DNA of 64,000 bases from contig CP070695.1 in NCBI GenBank assembly GCA_020353515.1, positions 948,127 through 1,012,126 on the forward strand, in the 5' to 3' direction. The translations under genes were made by a program, and so were the position numbers. How positions within the stretch are numbered: the stretch's first letter is position 1; each line of letters starts with the position of its first letter. Shown piece by piece: positions 1 to 8,850 of the stretch. The DNA is from Candidatus Heimdallarchaeota archaeon. GTDB taxonomy: Archaea; Asgardarchaeota; Heimdallarchaeia; Hodarchaeales; Hodarchaeaceae. The notes below the pieces were generated by a model. That model did no database searches and was not told the origin of the DNA. It saw only the letters and a program-made list of their open reading frames with translations.

Positions 1-1
1 A

Positions 2-1954
2 TTTATTGGTGAAATTGTATCGAGAGCTCTCAGTGATGGCCTTCCAGACAATCCTATGGCAAGTAGTTTAGCTGACTCATTTAGTCAGGATCCAATGAAA
101 ATTTTCACATTTAAACCTGAGAAATTCTATTCTACTAATTTAAGGAAAATGGCTATTAATTATCTTGCCAATATTCATCCTGATGTAGATATTCAATTTC
201 TTGAAGTGTTATTCCACACACTGAATCCTACTATAAGATCCACAGCATTTAAATGGTTATCTGGGATTGAAGTATCAGAAGAAGATCTAAAACGCTTAGA
301 AGTTCCTAATTCTATTAATACAGAAAGTCGTGCTCTATCCATACTTCAAACTATTTCAGCACTTGCTAGAAAACCAATTTTATTAAGCTTTGACCAATTA
401 GAATCGATTTACATCCGTTTTAAGAGAGATAATGGTATTCAACTCTTATTTGATTCATTAACCAACCTATACAATCAGTGCCCACATCTTCTTGTCTTAG
501 CAATGGTACAGTCCGTTGTTTGGAAAGAATCTATTCAAAATGACATTCCAGAATATTCACGACAAAGAATTGACTACATTACAACACTTGAACGGTTAGA
601 TTCTAAAACAGCAGGATTACTTGCAATAGCAAGACTTGATACTCTTTTTCGTGACTCAGGTATCTCACCTCCATTTCCAACGTATCCATTCTCTGAGGAA
701 TACATAACAATTGCAAATAAAAATACTAATGGAAATCCACGTCTTTTTCTACGTCATCTAAGAGATAGATTAAATGAATTTAAAGATCGAGGACATATAC
801 GAAAACTAACGATTTCTGATATTGAATCAGAAGCGAAAGAAGAAGCTGTAGCTGTGGCTGGAGTCCCACCAATGACTCCTGATAAAATCGTCACTCCAAC
901 TGAACTCCCAGAAATCACTACTAAAGAAGAAAGTACTAAACCAATTATCGATCTGAAACCTGAAGAGATTGATGCGCTTTCAGAATTATTTTCAGATCTT
1001 GAAAAACCCATGACACAACCAACGTCTAGCGTGACAGCTACGCCCACGTTTATTGAACCTTCAGAGACTGTCCCAATTTCCCCAGTAGTTTCTACTTCTA
1101 GCGAGATTATAGGCTTTTTAGAAAAAAAATGGGCTCAATACGCCCGTGAGTTTGAACACGAGATTTTCGCATTCCCACATCCTGTTCGCCGTGATTTTCT
1201 AAAAGGAGTTTTATATGATATTCTGAACACTTCTATTGACCGTCATCAACCCGTGTATGGATTAACAATTCTTAATGTCAGGATTGATCGACAGCTCATT
1301 GAAAAGGATACGAAAGGACTGGATCTTGTCTTTACTTATCAAACTCCTAGAGGTCCGACATCTGTAGGGATTGAGATAAATAATTCCGAACATTCTGCTA
1401 CTGTCTTCCAAAGTCTCAGGCGATTGAAAAAATTGGTTCGGGGTAACATCCGCTATGCATTCATTCTTCGTGATGAAGAGCTATCCTTACAACGAACAGC
1501 AACAAAAACTCTTGATCTCGCTGAATCTCTAACCGAACATGGAGGACTATATTATATCGACTTTATGTCAAACCAAGCGCTTTTGGCAACCAAAAAATTA
1601 ATAGAAATGGCTTCAGCTGGAGATCTGGCTGTTGGAACTCATATTGTAACCAGAAATGAAGTATTAACATTTGTTTTCGAAGAATGTCTCAATCGGATAA
1701 TAATTTTTCAAACCATTTTTGGACATCTTAGTACTATTGAAAGTGGCCCTCGTGCAGTAGCTACTGAACGAATTTCAGAATCCTCAGAAGCTATTGAAGC
1801 TATTATTTCTATTTTGAAATTTAATCCAGCTATGACAACTGATCGACTCTGTTTGTTGTTGAATCGAAATGAAAATGAAATAGTCCCCGTCCTGAAAATG
1901 CTTGCCATTCGTGGAATGATTTCATTTGATGGGAAGAATATCCATTTACTCTAA
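2..1954 (+). CDS. P-loop/AAA+ (STAND-like) ATPase, 5'-truncated, with Pro/Thr linker, C-terminal PD-(D/E)xK-like fold and winged helix
   Basis: Frame is open from nt 2 to the ATG at 56. Walker B PILLSFDQLE; GNPR helical motif; C-terminal wHTH-like segment (MTTDRLCLLL...LAIRGMI). Walker A would lie upstream of the window. Confidence 0.65.
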   Translation, partial: FIGEIVSRALSDGLPDNPMASSLADSFSQDPMKIFTFKPEKFYSTNLRKMAINYLANIHPDVDIQFLEVLFHTLNPTIRSTAFKWLSGIEVSEEDLKRLEVPNSINTESRALSILQTISALARKPILLSFDQLESIYIRFKRDNGIQLLFDSLTNLYNQCPHLLVLAMVQSVVWKESIQNDIPEYSRQRIDYITTLERLDSKTAGLLAIARLDTLFRDSGISPPFPTYPFSEEYITIANKNTNGNPRLFLRHLRDRLNEFKDRGHIRKLTISDIESEAKEEAVAVAGVPPMTPDKIVTPTELPEITTKEESTKPIIDLKPEEIDALSELFSDLEKPMTQPTSSVTATPTFIEPSETVPISPVVSTSSEIIGFLEKKWAQYAREFEHEIFAFPHPVRRDFLKGVLYDILNTSIDRHQPVYGLTILNVRIDRQLIEKDTKGLDLVFTYQTPRGPTSVGIEINNSEHSATVFQSLRRLKKLVRGNIRYAFILRDEELSLQRTATKTLDLAESLTEHGGLYYIDFMSNQALLATKKLIEMASAGDLAVGTHIVTRNEVLTFVFEECLNRIIIFQTIFGHLSTIESGPRAVATERISESSEAIEAIISILKFNPAMTTDRLCLLLNRNENEIVPVLKMLAIRGMISFDGKNIHLL

Positions 1955-1979
1955 CGAAATTACTTATTCTCAAGAAAAT

Positions 1980-2444
1980 TTACGCAAAATTTAGGGGCCA
2001 TGGTTTTAAAGTCCATTGTTGCCGAGGACCACTTCCCTGTAAATAGACATACCCCTTTTCTGATATTATTTCTAGACAGGAGAGGATTTCTTCAATTTCA
2101 TCCCTTCCAAGTGATGTTACCTTTGCTAGTTCCTCAATGCTTTGTGACTCATCAATGAGAGCCTCGATCGTTGATAAGAATTGTTGAATGTATTTAACCC
2201 GGAAGTTTTTTGAGGGTGGATCAGAATCTTCTTTTTTCCTAATAATTCTCCAATTTCCTGTGTTAGATACAATTTTCCCATAATGAGTTAAATAGGACAA
2301 CATCCGAGCCACTTCAGAAGCATCTGATGTACAGGAACCAATGGCTTTCGCAATTTGCCAAGAAGAAAGTGCATCTTCTTTTTCTAAAGCTTCTATGACA
2401 CTTAAGAAATATTTGAAAGGAAATTTTGTCTGATCAAGAATCAC
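1980..2444 (-). CDS. tandem winged-helix protein
   Basis: Two internal repeats (FLSVIEAL..QIAKAIG..GKI..W and FLSTIEAL..ELAKVTS..GYV..W). Confidence 0.6.
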   Translation of the reverse strand: MILDQTKFPFKYFLSVIEALEKEDALSSWQIAKAIGSCTSDASEVARMLSYLTHYGKIVSNTGNWRIIRKKEDSDPPSKNFRVKYIQQFLSTIEALIDESQSIEELAKVTSLGRDEIEEILSCLEIISEKGYVYLQGSGPRQQWTLKPWPLNFA

Positions 2445-2456
2445 TTGTTTTCAAAC

Positions 2457-3281
2457 CTAACTGTTTTCTTTGTTTTCAGGTATTGAAGGTCTGTAACCCT
2501 CCAGATCCAGTGTAACAAAAGAATAGCCTAAAGAATGTAGCTTTTCCACAATCTGATTTATAGTGTCTTTCTCTAAAAGAGTGGTAAAATCTTTTGAATC
2601 AATTTCTATACGTACAATTGTGTTGTGATCACGAAGTCTTAATTGCCGAGAAAAACCTAATTCACGTAAGAACTTTTCCCCTTCCTCCACTCTGGTTAGT
2701 TTTTCTAATGTTATCTTCTCTCCATATGGAATACGAGAAGCAAGACACGCCATTGCTGGTTTATTAGCTATAGGCAGGTTATTATGCATTGCAATTTGTC
2801 TAACTTCCTCCTTGGTTATATTTCCTTGTAATAATGGACTATGTATGCCCAATTGTTTTAGAGCTTTCAATCCAGGTCTATGACCAATTATATCTGATGC
2901 ATTGGTACCATCAACAACAATGTCGAATCCTTTTTGACTGCAGTACTCCAATAAACGAGAAAAAATAAATAATTTACAGTGAAAACAACGATCTGGAGGA
3001 TTATCCCAAAGGTGTTTCTTAATATTAACTTTTAGTATGTCATGAGGGATTTTCAAATACTCACTAATGGCTTGCGCTTCTTCAATCTCATAGTCAGATA
3101 TCCATTCTGAAATTACAGTAATCAACAATATATCTTTGCATACCTTTTGAGTGAGATGGGCAACTACAGTAGAATCAACTCCTCCTGAAAAGGCAATAAT
3201 AACTGATTTACCCTTCAAAGAAACCATACTATCATGGATTTTCTTTTTTAAATCCTTGTCCATGAATATTTCACTACTCAA
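2457..3281 (-). CDS. larE: ATP-dependent sulfur transferase LarE (PP-loop)
   Basis: AFSGGVDS PP-loop, DRCFHCK, DGTNASD..HRPG, ACLASRIPYG, LRLRDH. Confidence 0.9.
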   Translation of the reverse strand: MSSEIFMDKDLKKKIHDSMVSLKGKSVIIAFSGGVDSTVVAHLTQKVCKDILLITVISEWISDYEIEEAQAISEYLKIPHDILKVNIKKHLWDNPPDRCFHCKLFIFSRLLEYCSQKGFDIVVDGTNASDIIGHRPGLKALKQLGIHSPLLQGNITKEEVRQIAMHNNLPIANKPAMACLASRIPYGEKITLEKLTRVEEGEKFLRELGFSRQLRLRDHNTIVRIEIDSKDFTTLLEKDTINQIVEKLHSLGYSFVTLDLEGYRPSIPENKENS

Positions 3282-4348
3282 TTAGTATTAACCTTTGAAA
3301 CACCGGAAACTACCTGTGCAATATGCGTTTGAGCACCAACTTGTTGAAGTGCTCGACTTACACTTTCTTCATGACCAGGACAGAAAGCAATCATACACCC
3401 ACCATTGCCTGATCCTGTAATTTTGCAACCTAAGGCACCAGCTTTCAAGGCTGCTTCAATCATTTTGTCAATTTTTGGAGTACTTATCCTTATGTAATCT
3501 CGAAGCGACGTATGGTGTTGATTCATTAAATAACCAATATATTTTTCATCCCTAACATTAGAAGGCTTTTTTAACTCTGAATGAGCTTTTTTCGTTATTT
3601 CAAAGTTCATAACAGCAGCTATGAGTGCATTGAGGGAGAATTCATCTAATAAACCTTCAACTGGCTTTATCTCTTTAACATCCTCAATTGTTAATTCTCG
3701 TACCTTTGATACTCCCATATATTTCAATCCCCGCTTTACTCCATTCTTAATGGTAGCCAAAGTCGTCAAAGTATCTTTCCTTTCTAAAGAATTTCCTATT
3801 ACTATTCCAGGAAATCTCGATAAGAGAGGAGTACATTTGATTGGGTCAAATTCTTCAAAATTTATGTAACCATGAGCAATGACCATATGATCCTGCATAC
3901 CTCCTGGTTCATTAAATTCCAAAACTTCAGCTCGATGGGCAAATTTGGTGATTTCCATTGGGGTTAAAGGATTATTAAAAAGCTCAGCAAGAAAGGAGAT
4001 CCAAATTACGCATAATGCGCTTGAAGAGGATAAACCCGCCTGCATTGGGATATCGCTTGTAATTCTAGCTGAAGCACCTTCATCATCAGGGATGATGCCA
4101 TTTTCTTGCAGAACTTTCACTCCAGATCGCAAATAATCTCGAGATGACTGATATGTGACATTAATTGCAGAAAAAACTTGTCTATCTTGAATATCTGGTA
4201 AATCGATATTAAATTTAGTTGAATTTGCTTTCCTCCCCTTTATGGTCATATACAAATCTACTGCAGCAGGAATTACTGGAAGTCCAAGATAATCCTGATG
4301 TTCTCCAAATAATACAATCCTTCCAGGAGCCTTAATGGTCAAATCCAT
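3278..4348 (-). CDS. galK: galactokinase-family GHMP kinase
   Basis: APGRIVLFGEHQDY, PMQAGLSSSSA, KITGSGNGGC; substrate not certain. Confidence 0.75.
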   Translation of the reverse strand: MDLTIKAPGRIVLFGEHQDYLGLPVIPAAVDLYMTIKGRKANSTKFNIDLPDIQDRQVFSAINVTYQSSRDYLRSGVKVLQENGIIPDDEGASARITSDIPMQAGLSSSSALCVIWISFLAELFNNPLTPMEITKFAHRAEVLEFNEPGGMQDHMVIAHGYINFEEFDPIKCTPLLSRFPGIVIGNSLERKDTLTTLATIKNGVKRGLKYMGVSKVRELTIEDVKEIKPVEGLLDEFSLNALIAAVMNFEITKKAHSELKKPSNVRDEKYIGYLMNQHHTSLRDYIRISTPKIDKMIEAALKAGALGCKITGSGNGGCMIAFCPGHEESVSRALQQVGAQTHIAQVVSGVSKVNTN

Positions 4349-4444
4349 CTAAATTCTCACAGTATTAGGAACTTTAAATCTTATTTAAAATTATAGGTTT
4401 CCTATAAATTCAAAGTACCCCTCATCCCTCTATCTCACAAAATT

Positions 4445-4489
4445 TGAATAAAGTCGGCTGGATCCGAGAGAAGATGAATAAAGTCGGCT
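4445..4489. repeat. perfect 15-bp direct repeat (TGAATAAAGTCGGCT x2, 30-bp period)
   Basis: Copies at 4445-4459 and 4475-4489 in a divergent intergenic region. Confidence 0.9.
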
Positions 4490-4669
4490 TATTTACCGAA
4501 TTAATCCTGTTTTATTTTAAAAATCTAAGTCAGTATTTAATTTGTAGTACTTAGGTTCTTATCCTAGGAAGAATATTTATTTAAACTGGAAATCCATATT
4601 TCTATGTACCATATATAGGAATATAAGGAAGGATTCTTTGTCATTGAAAAACTATTTTGAGATTGCAAC

Positions 4670-5053
4670 ATGACCAATGACTTCATTAACCAACCATTAA
4701 ACGATCTAGTTTCAAAGGTATTTGAGAGCTTGGGATTTGTCACCCTCCATCCAATGCAGGTATTAAAACATCCTCTGGCTGATTCTCGCTTATCCTTTGT
4801 ATTAAAGCGTGTCAATTCAAAATCAGAGTATATTGGAGTTATTGTTAGGGATTGGAAGCGAGTGGTGGGAGTAGGCCAAATTCATAAAGCAGAAGAACTT
4901 ATTCAAGCATGTCCTGAACTATCTCAAGTATTAATTGTGTCTTCAATGGGATTTTCTTTCAGTGCTTCACGCCTCGCAGAGAAAGTAGGTTTAGGTTTGA
5001 TCTCAAGGGGAGAATTAGTATCTCTTTTACAAAGAGGTATTGAAGCTTTATGA
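4670..5053 (+). CDS. Mrr-type restriction endonuclease-fold protein, probably inactive (paralog 1)
   Basis: Mrr_cat-like pattern LV..VF..LGF...VIVRDWK..VG...IVSSMGFS..A...LISRGEL; the D and (Q/E)xK catalytic positions are replaced. Confidence 0.7.
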   Translation: MTNDFINQPLNDLVSKVFESLGFVTLHPMQVLKHPLADSRLSFVLKRVNSKSEYIGVIVRDWKRVVGVGQIHKAEELIQACPELSQVLIVSSMGFSFSASRLAEKVGLGLISRGELVSLLQRGIEAL

Positions 5054-5367
5054 AAATGTTGATACACTAATATTGACCGATAAGATTATCTATAAACGAA
5101 AATGGTCTGATTTTTACAGAGATTGTTATTCTACTTATTACTGAAAGAAATCAAAAAAAATTTCATTTAAAATCATGAATTCAACTGTACCTATTTATGT
5201 CGGCATCGAGGGGGAATTACTGTTTTAGGCCGTTGTGTTTTCTTTTTTATTTCGTCAAATTATTGTTATTCATGTATTCACTCAATTTATCTTATTTAGG
5301 TATTATGGGTAATTAAATACTCTAATTACTTGTTTATCCTAAATATAATTTATACAGGGATTGAATC

Positions 5368-5742
5368 ATGTATCCTAAATCACTAATTAATCTAGTGGCC
5401 ACAGTGTTTGAAACTATAGGTTTTGTTACACATCATCCTATGCAGATGCTTAAACATCCCCTAGCGGATTCAATGTTATCTTACGTACTAACACGACCAG
5501 ATTCAAGATCAGAGTATATCGGAGTGATAGTTCGGGATTGGAAGCGAATTGTGGGTTTAGGCCAAATTCATAAGACAATGGAACTTCTCCAAGTCTGCCC
5601 TAAACTTAATCAGGTGATTATCGTCTCTTCTATGGGATTCTCGTCTGAAGCTAAGCATATTGCTGAAAAAAGAGAGAATATTAACCTTATTTCGAAAAGA
5701 GAATTGATTTCTTTAATGCTAAAGCAACTTGAAATTTTATAA
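5368..5742 (+). CDS. Mrr-type restriction endonuclease-fold protein, probably inactive (paralog 2)
   Basis: Roughly two-thirds identical by eye to 4670..5053 (shared HPLADS, EYIGVIVRDWKR, IVSSMGFS). Confidence 0.7.
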   Translation: MYPKSLINLVATVFETIGFVTHHPMQMLKHPLADSMLSYVLTRPDSRSEYIGVIVRDWKRIVGLGQIHKTMELLQVCPKLNQVIIVSSMGFSSEAKHIAEKRENINLISKRELISLMLKQLEIL

Positions 5743-7077
5743 GTCAGTTTTTGAGATGGGGGGTGATATTTCTTCAATTACTTCTTGGGTTTCTTGAATA
5801 TGTTTACTTGAATGAACAAACGAAAGTGCTCCAATACCATGCATCCCACTGATGTGTCTATTCAATAATGCTAATTGGAGTAGGGCCTCCCGTTTTTTAT
5901 CAGTCAATTGAACTATTTCATTTGGATTTAGATTTTCAATATACTTTTTTAATACATGGAGAGTAAGGAAGGATTTAAAACCAGTAGCTACAAAACCAAG
6001 CTCTCGTTCAGTAAAGAATGTATTCATTTTAGTCATAAAAGTTGTACCATTTTGATTCGTACGATCATAATCACGATTAGACTTTTTCAGAATTTCTAAA
6101 GTCTTTAGTCCAGCAGCCATACTAAGTGGATGTGCTGAAAAAGTACCTCCTCCAGTCCAAACTCGATATTTCGACTGAGGGTTCGCTTGTTCCATAATCT
6201 CCTCTCTTCCTCCTACAACTCCTATTGATAAACCGCCACCTACAATTTTACCCATCGTAGTAAGATCTGGAATGACTTTTAGTTCATTTTGAAACAATCC
6301 GTAAGAAAATCTATATCCAGTGATTATTTCATCAAATATCAATAGGATATTAAGTTTTTCAGTTATTTCTCTAAGCATCTTTAAGAACTCTAGTTTGACA
6401 GGAAATCCTCCTCCACCACCTAGAACAGGTTCTATGATTACTCCTGCTAATTGGTTGGCTTTTTCTTTAATAAATTCCTCGACTGCTTCATTATTCACAT
6501 CAAATGAAATAATTCCAGCCTTATCTTCTGGAAGAATCCCAGGGCCTTCTTTCCCAAGAAATGGTGCCTTAACGTTATATAAAAGGGTATCTGCATACCC
6601 ATGCCAACCCATTCTCGCCTTTGCTATCAAAGATCTACCCGTAAACGCTCGAGCTAAACGAGTGGCATACATGGTAGCCTCTGTTCCACTAGAACTGAAT
6701 CGTACTTCTTCGATGCTTGGATTATCATTAACGAGAGTGTCTGCTAGCTCAACTTGTTCTGTGGTTACAGTACCAAAATGCCAGCCATGCTTCAATTTAT
6801 CAATGATAGTCTGATATACATCAGGGTGGTTATGACCAAGAAGCATTGAGTAATGTCCTTGCCAATAGTCAATATATTCGTGATCGTCTACATCCATTAA
6901 ATAAGCATCGTGGCCTGATTTAATAAATACTGGAAAACCACCAATTGATGGAAGGCCTAAATTCCGAATATTATGAGAAACTCCCCCTGGAATCCTTTTT
7001 ATGGATTTATGCCACAATTCACGAGATTGAGGCCTTGTTTGGATAAAATTATTAAGTTCTTCTTTATAAAAATTCAT
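5737..7077 (-). CDS. class III PLP aminotransferase, glutamate-1-semialdehyde aminomutase-like
   Basis: PGGVSH, SSGTEATM, WHG, FDEIITGYR, DLTTMGKIVGGGL, GTFS; divergent from canonical HemL. Confidence 0.85.
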   Translation of the reverse strand: MNFYKEELNNFIQTRPQSRELWHKSIKRIPGGVSHNIRNLGLPSIGGFPVFIKSGHDAYLMDVDDHEYIDYWQGHYSMLLGHNHPDVYQTIIDKLKHGWHFGTVTTEQVELADTLVNDNPSIEEVRFSSSGTEATMYATRLARAFTGRSLIAKARMGWHGYADTLLYNVKAPFLGKEGPGILPEDKAGIISFDVNNEAVEEFIKEKANQLAGVIIEPVLGGGGGFPVKLEFLKMLREITEKLNILLIFDEIITGYRFSYGLFQNELKVIPDLTTMGKIVGGGLSIGVVGGREEIMEQANPQSKYRVWTGGGTFSAHPLSMAAGLKTLEILKKSNRDYDRTNQNGTTFMTKMNTFFTERELGFVATGFKSFLTLHVLKKYIENLNPNEIVQLTDKKREALLQLALLNRHISGMHGIGALSFVHSSKHIQETQEVIEEISPPISKTDL

Positions 7078-7132
7078 AAAGAACCCTCAAAAATCGGGAG
7101 AAAGATACAAATTTTTGAACTTTTACCTTGAT

Positions 7133-7161
7133 AAAAAGAAAGAGAGAAGAAAAAAAAGAAA
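7133..7161 (-). terminator. putative oligo-pyrimidine (U-rich) archaeal terminator
   Basis: 29-nt purine-only tract on + strand, i.e. U/C-only on - strand, just after the stop of 7166..8608. Confidence 0.4.
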
Positions 7162-7165
7162 TGCT

Positions 7166-8608
7166 CTATAATAGCTTGAAAAACTCTTTTTGTTCAAGTT
7201 CCCTAACCTTAGGAAGTAAATTGTAGAACACAATCTGTTCGAGGTCATCTCGAAATGTCCCAAAATCCTCATCATCCATGAAAGGATCTTGTAATTTGGA
7301 TCGAACTTTTAATGCTGGTTCTTCTCCTCTTAAATTCCAAAATATTCGTAATCGATTTTCTGTTAGATAATAAATAGGATCAGAGAACTCAACGTTTTTA
7401 CTAACAACGTCAGTAGGCCATCTAGTAAAAATCAAGTACACTCCAATAAATAACAGTAAAGGAATTATGACAAACCGAGTTATTTCATGTGATAATAAAA
7501 GTCTATCAGAAGAACTAGTGAAAGAAATCACTGCTATTAATAACGAGATAACTAAGATTAAAAAACCAAATAAAACTGCAAACCAATCATTAAATGCACC
7601 TTTAGGTTTGAAACTGTGCCAAAAATTAGGAATTTCAAATCGTGGTTTTTGATCTCTTGTCACCGCATTTTTCTGCTTCAACTTGTTATGAGTCAGTGTT
7701 TCAGCGTAATAATGAAAGTTGTCGTATCTAACTTTTTCCAATTGCCATTTATTTTCTTTTTTACGAATATAAATGAAGAAAGGTGCCCAATCCATTGCAT
7801 GGGTAGCATTGGTGAATGCTGGAGGTTCCCATTTCCAGAAAAACAGTGCAACAACCGCTCCTACAAAAAACAGAATACTAATCCAAGAAATCTTAAGCAT
7901 GTACTCTAAATTAAGGGTAGTTGAAACGCCATCAACAAACTCTTGACCTACTGGAAGTTCATGCCATGTTTCTGCACCTGGGTTTAGTTCTTTATCTTGA
8001 GAGCCTTTACTAATATAGATCTCCCCTAAAAGCGCCCAAAACACAATTCCAAATATTATAAAGAGCTGTCCATTACTAAAGTAGTACCTTCCTTTCGTTA
8101 ATCCTTTGATTGCCGAATATAATTCTCTAGCTCCTAATAGAAAGAAAATAGCACCAATGAGTACAACGGATATTATAGCAGACTGAAATGAGAGGTAAGA
8201 GTATACGAGAGTCCCCATCAGCCCAAGTACGAATAAGGGGAGAACTGTCAGCCAGAGAGAAATGAAAAATCGTTGTTTGGTCCAAACATAGATCCACTGA
8301 ATGCATCGTTGATCACTTTGCTCGGTACTTTCTAGGACTCTAAAATATGAACCTCCCCAAGCTTTAGATTTGCGCTCTCCTCGTAATTCAATACCTGATA
8401 ATTGCATTTCAGGCTTAAACTGTTCAACTAGCGAAATATCTCTTTCTGTAACATCCACGGCATCTAAGGGCATCATAAAGCCTTTTCTACGCAATCCAGC
8501 TATTTCAATTTGTCTTTTCAGCGATTTAGTCTGCCATTTCTCTTCAACAGTTTCTTCAACTGCAGTTTTCAAATCTACAAGCTTACCCTGTAAGACAATT
8601 TCTGTCAT
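7166..8608 (-). CDS. multi-pass membrane protein with possible Vps62/NPP1-like soluble domain
   Basis: About 6 hydrophobic segments; motifs IQWIYVW, HAMDW, RYDNFH, PRF...WHSF. Confidence 0.55.
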   Translation of the reverse strand: MTEIVLQGKLVDLKTAVEETVEEKWQTKSLKRQIEIAGLRRKGFMMPLDAVDVTERDISLVEQFKPEMQLSGIELRGERKSKAWGGSYFRVLESTEQSDQRCIQWIYVWTKQRFFISLWLTVLPLFVLGLMGTLVYSYLSFQSAIISVVLIGAIFFLLGARELYSAIKGLTKGRYYFSNGQLFIIFGIVFWALLGEIYISKGSQDKELNPGAETWHELPVGQEFVDGVSTTLNLEYMLKISWISILFFVGAVVALFFWKWEPPAFTNATHAMDWAPFFIYIRKKENKWQLEKVRYDNFHYYAETLTHNKLKQKNAVTRDQKPRFEIPNFWHSFKPKGAFNDWFAVLFGFLILVISLLIAVISFTSSSDRLLLSHEITRFVIIPLLLFIGVYLIFTRWPTDVVSKNVEFSDPIYYLTENRLRIFWNLRGEEPALKVRSKLQDPFMDDEDFGTFRDDLEQIVFYNLLPKVRELEQKEFFKLL

Positions 8609-8850
8609 ATTTCCACCGACAATATAAATTGAATAATCAATACACGTTTTATAATAGATACATGTATTGACTATAGCTTTAAAAATTTGTTTTTTTTAAA
8701 TTAGTGATATTGAACTTTTACATTCAAGATTTTCCTTAAGATTTTATCCGTCCTGAAGGTGAGAAATCACTCTAGATACAATCATCCTCGATGAGTAATG
8801 AAATCAAACTTCTTATCTTGGATTTTAGGTTAAAAATTTAGTAATAGTAG

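Noticed and set aside
4445-4489. Possible mini-CRISPR
   Set aside because: Only two 15-nt repeats with a 15-nt spacer; too short, and no cas genes
6320-6814. 164-aa plus-strand ORF
   Set aside because: Antisense shadow of the aminotransferase gene; no independent motifs
5737-7077. Assigning hemL
   Set aside because: No tetrapyrrole genes nearby and divergent motifs (GGGTFSAHP); only the family is supportable
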